NCBI GenBank assembly: GCA_030264375.1
Contig: JASCQW010000162.1
Location: 103,317,332-103,381,331 of the forward strand
DNA length: 64,000 bases
Reading direction: 5' to 3'
Source: Carcharhinus longimanus
Taxonomy: Eukaryota
The notes beneath the pieces were generated by a model. The model did no database searches. It was not told where the DNA came from and was given only the letters and a program-made list of their open reading frames with translations. The translations under genes were made by a program, and so were the position numbers. Position 1 is the first letter of the stretch; each line of letters opens with the position of its first letter. Of the stretch, positions 61,571 to 64,000 are shown piece after piece.

Positions 61571-61984
61571 TATTCCTACAGCCCTACAAATTTATCCTTA
61601 CCAAGAATATGTAGGTCACAATTTGTATGTTTTAGAACACAACATAAGCAGTGGGAGATGGGACGTTTTTTAGTTTTATTTCAGTGTTTGCTCCAAAGGT
61701 AGTTTAGTTGCAGTTTGGGTTCTAGCAGTCTGCAGCTCACCAAGAGAAAAGAGCTAAAGCCGATAAGTCAAGCCAGGAGTTAAGCCGAGAAAATCTTAAC
61801 TTCTTCATTCCATGTGGAATTCGGGTGGGGGAGTTAATCTCAGAACAGGTTTTTTCAAGGAAAAGCAGCTGAAGATTTATCCTAGTTCACAATCAGTAGA
61901 AGAAATCCTCACAGATTGTGGTGGCAAAAAAAGCTAGCAACTGAATTAGCTGAGAAACATTATGGAGGCAACCAGAACAAGGGA

Positions 61985-62957
61985 CAGGCATGTAAAGTCA
62001 AGAGTTCCTCAGGGTAGTGTCCTAGGCCAAACCATCTGCAATTCCTTCATCAATGACCTTCCTTCCATCATAAATTCTGTAGTGGAGATGTTCGCTGATG
62101 ATTGCATAATGTTCAGCACCATTCACAACTTCCTCAGATACTGAGGAATTCCATGTCCAAATCCAGCAAGACCTGGATAATATCCAGCTTTAGCTGACAA
62201 GTGGCAAGTAACGTTCATGCCACATAAGTGCCAGCTGATGACGATTTCCAACAAGAGAAAATCTAACCATCACCCCTTGACATTCAATGACATTATCATT
62301 GCTGATTCCCCCACTAACAACAACCTGGGGGTTACCATTGACTAGCAATTGAACTGAACCAGCCATATAAATATGTGGCTACAAGAGCAGGTCACGGTGA
62401 GTAACTCACCTCCTGACTCTCCAAAACCTGTCCACCATCTACAATGCACAAGTCAGAAATGTGATGGAATACTCGCCCTGGCCTGGGTGAGTGTAGGTCC
62501 AACAACATTCAAGAAGCTCTACACCATGCAGGGTAAAGCAGCTTGATGTGTTGGCATCCTTTCCACAAACATTCATTCTGTCCACCACAGCCACACAGTA
62601 GCAGCAGTATATATTATCAACAATTTGTACTGCAGGAACTCAGCAAGGTTCCTTACACAGCACCTTCCAAACTACAACCGTTAATCTCTAGAAGGACAAG
62701 GACAGCAGATACATGGGAACACCACCTCCTGGAAGTTCCTCTTCAAATCACTCACCATCCTGACTTGGAAATATATCGTCATTCCTTCACCATCACTGGA
62801 TCAAAATCCTTCCCTAACAGCACTGTGGTTGTACCTACACCTCAGGGACTACAGCGGTTCAATCAGGTAGTTTGCCACCATATTCTGAAGGACATTTAGG
62901 AATGTATAATAAATGCTGGCCTAGCCAGCAAAGCTGATATCCTGTAAATGAATGAAA
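61985..62957 (+). mobile_element. CR1-like LINE, RT C-terminal half and 3' UTR
   Basis: RVPQGSVLGQTICNSFINDLPSIINSVVEMFADDCIMF; tail aataaatgctggcctagccagc...aatgaatgaa. Confidence 0.9.
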
Positions 62958-63269
62958 ATATTAAACAAAGAATCTTATCTTGGAGAATAGCTGAAACTGA
63001 GGAGAATTAAAGTAATTTCTTGAAGTCTCTGGCATACAGTCGGGTGGTCTCAACAGGAGTAAATAATGATTAGATCTCAAAGTATAAGAAAATTCTTAGA
63101 AGAAGTAAAAGTAAAATTGTGTGCATTGCACATGTAATTATAAATCATATTATTTAATAAAATAAGAACTTTTAAGTTTTTTAAAACAATAAAGTATGTT
63201 TTTGTTAAAAATGTGAAATCTTGTATTGTAGATCTATTGGTTAAAATTAGGCTTCTGAATTTCTCTTTA

Positions 63270-63490
63270 AATGTCAACAGGATCAAAATTTCCGCAAGAG
63301 CCCATCCAACTTGCTTTTGAAATCACTAATCATCTCTGCTTCTACCATCCTCTTAAGCATCGAGTTGCAGGTTATTACCACTGTGTAAAGAAAGGTTGCT
63401 CCCCATATTTCGCCTGATGTCTTGCCCAAAACCCTAAATATGTGTCCTCTCATCCTTGCACTATCACTGTCTTAATTGATTCTTTGCCCC
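63270..63490 (-). mobile_element. Old CR1 3' fragment
   Basis: tctgcttctaccatcctc...gagttgcaggttattaccactgtgtaaagaaa. Confidence 0.6.
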
Positions 63491-63679
63491 TTCAGCCCAG
63501 TTGCCTTTCTTCCACCGTCTCTTTATTCTTAGTTACTTTTCTATTAATAATGGCTGCATTTTGGCCTAACTACAAGTTCATTGTGCCCTCCCTGAAGGTG
63601 CTTATACCTGGTTTCACCACTGTCCACCCACTGAGCACGTTTAAATCCATATTCAAAAGCAAATTAAAGCATACGCAAA

Positions 63680-63865
63680 GAATTCTGAAATAAAAGCAGA
63701 AAATGCTCGAGATTCTCAGTTGATCAGTTATTATCCGAAGCTGGTAACAGCGTTAAGTTTAAAGCTGATTACTTTTTGTCAAAACTCACACCTTAAATCG
63801 TATTTTCAGCTGGCAGATCTGGCATCACTGATCTACTGGCTTATCAGCTTTATTTTGCTTTGGTG
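63680..63865. mobile_element. Decayed Penelope-like terminal fragment
   Basis: tctgaaataaaagcagaaaatgct.gaga.tctcag is similar to 35490-35530. Confidence 0.5.
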
Positions 63866-64000
63866 CAGTTTTTGATTAGAAATGGATTTTACTGCACTAT
63901 CATCCATTTCTCTGCTACTTCTGTATCTTGTTGTGACCTCCAAATTCTGCACCACACCCTCACATCCCACAGCTTGCGCAAGTTCCTAGCTGTTCAACTG

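Overview
Vertebrate genomic DNA, most likely from a shark or other elasmobranch judging by its repeat content (HE1-like V-SINEs, SacSINE1-like Deu-SINEs, abundant CR1 LINEs), with several N gaps. The window lies inside the receptor tyrosine phosphatase gene PTPRG on the minus strand. Four coding exons are visible with consistent GT-AG phases: 46405-46221 and 27166-27058 (fibronectin type III domain), 18208-18159, and the large Ser/Thr/acidic spacer exon 13587-12810. I did not find the carbonic-anhydrase-like or transmembrane/phosphatase exons, which probably lie outside the window. The introns hold a decayed Ty1/copia LTR retrotransposon with both LTRs, CR1/L2/RTE/Tx1-like LINE fragments, several SINE families, Harbinger-type MITEs plus a transposase relic, and Penelope-type fragments, one with a hammerhead ribozyme core. 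Best leads: (1) a candidate extra exon or alternative acceptor at 13801 that would give a short, phosphatase-less PTPRG isoform, either secreted or ending in a hydrophobic tail; (2) an RTE LINE with twin-priming-type 5' inversion and a target-site duplication; (3) the copia element with an internal duplication; (4) a ~350-bp inverted-repeat pair. All family names come from motif recognition by eye, not database searches. I see no convincing wholly new biological system.
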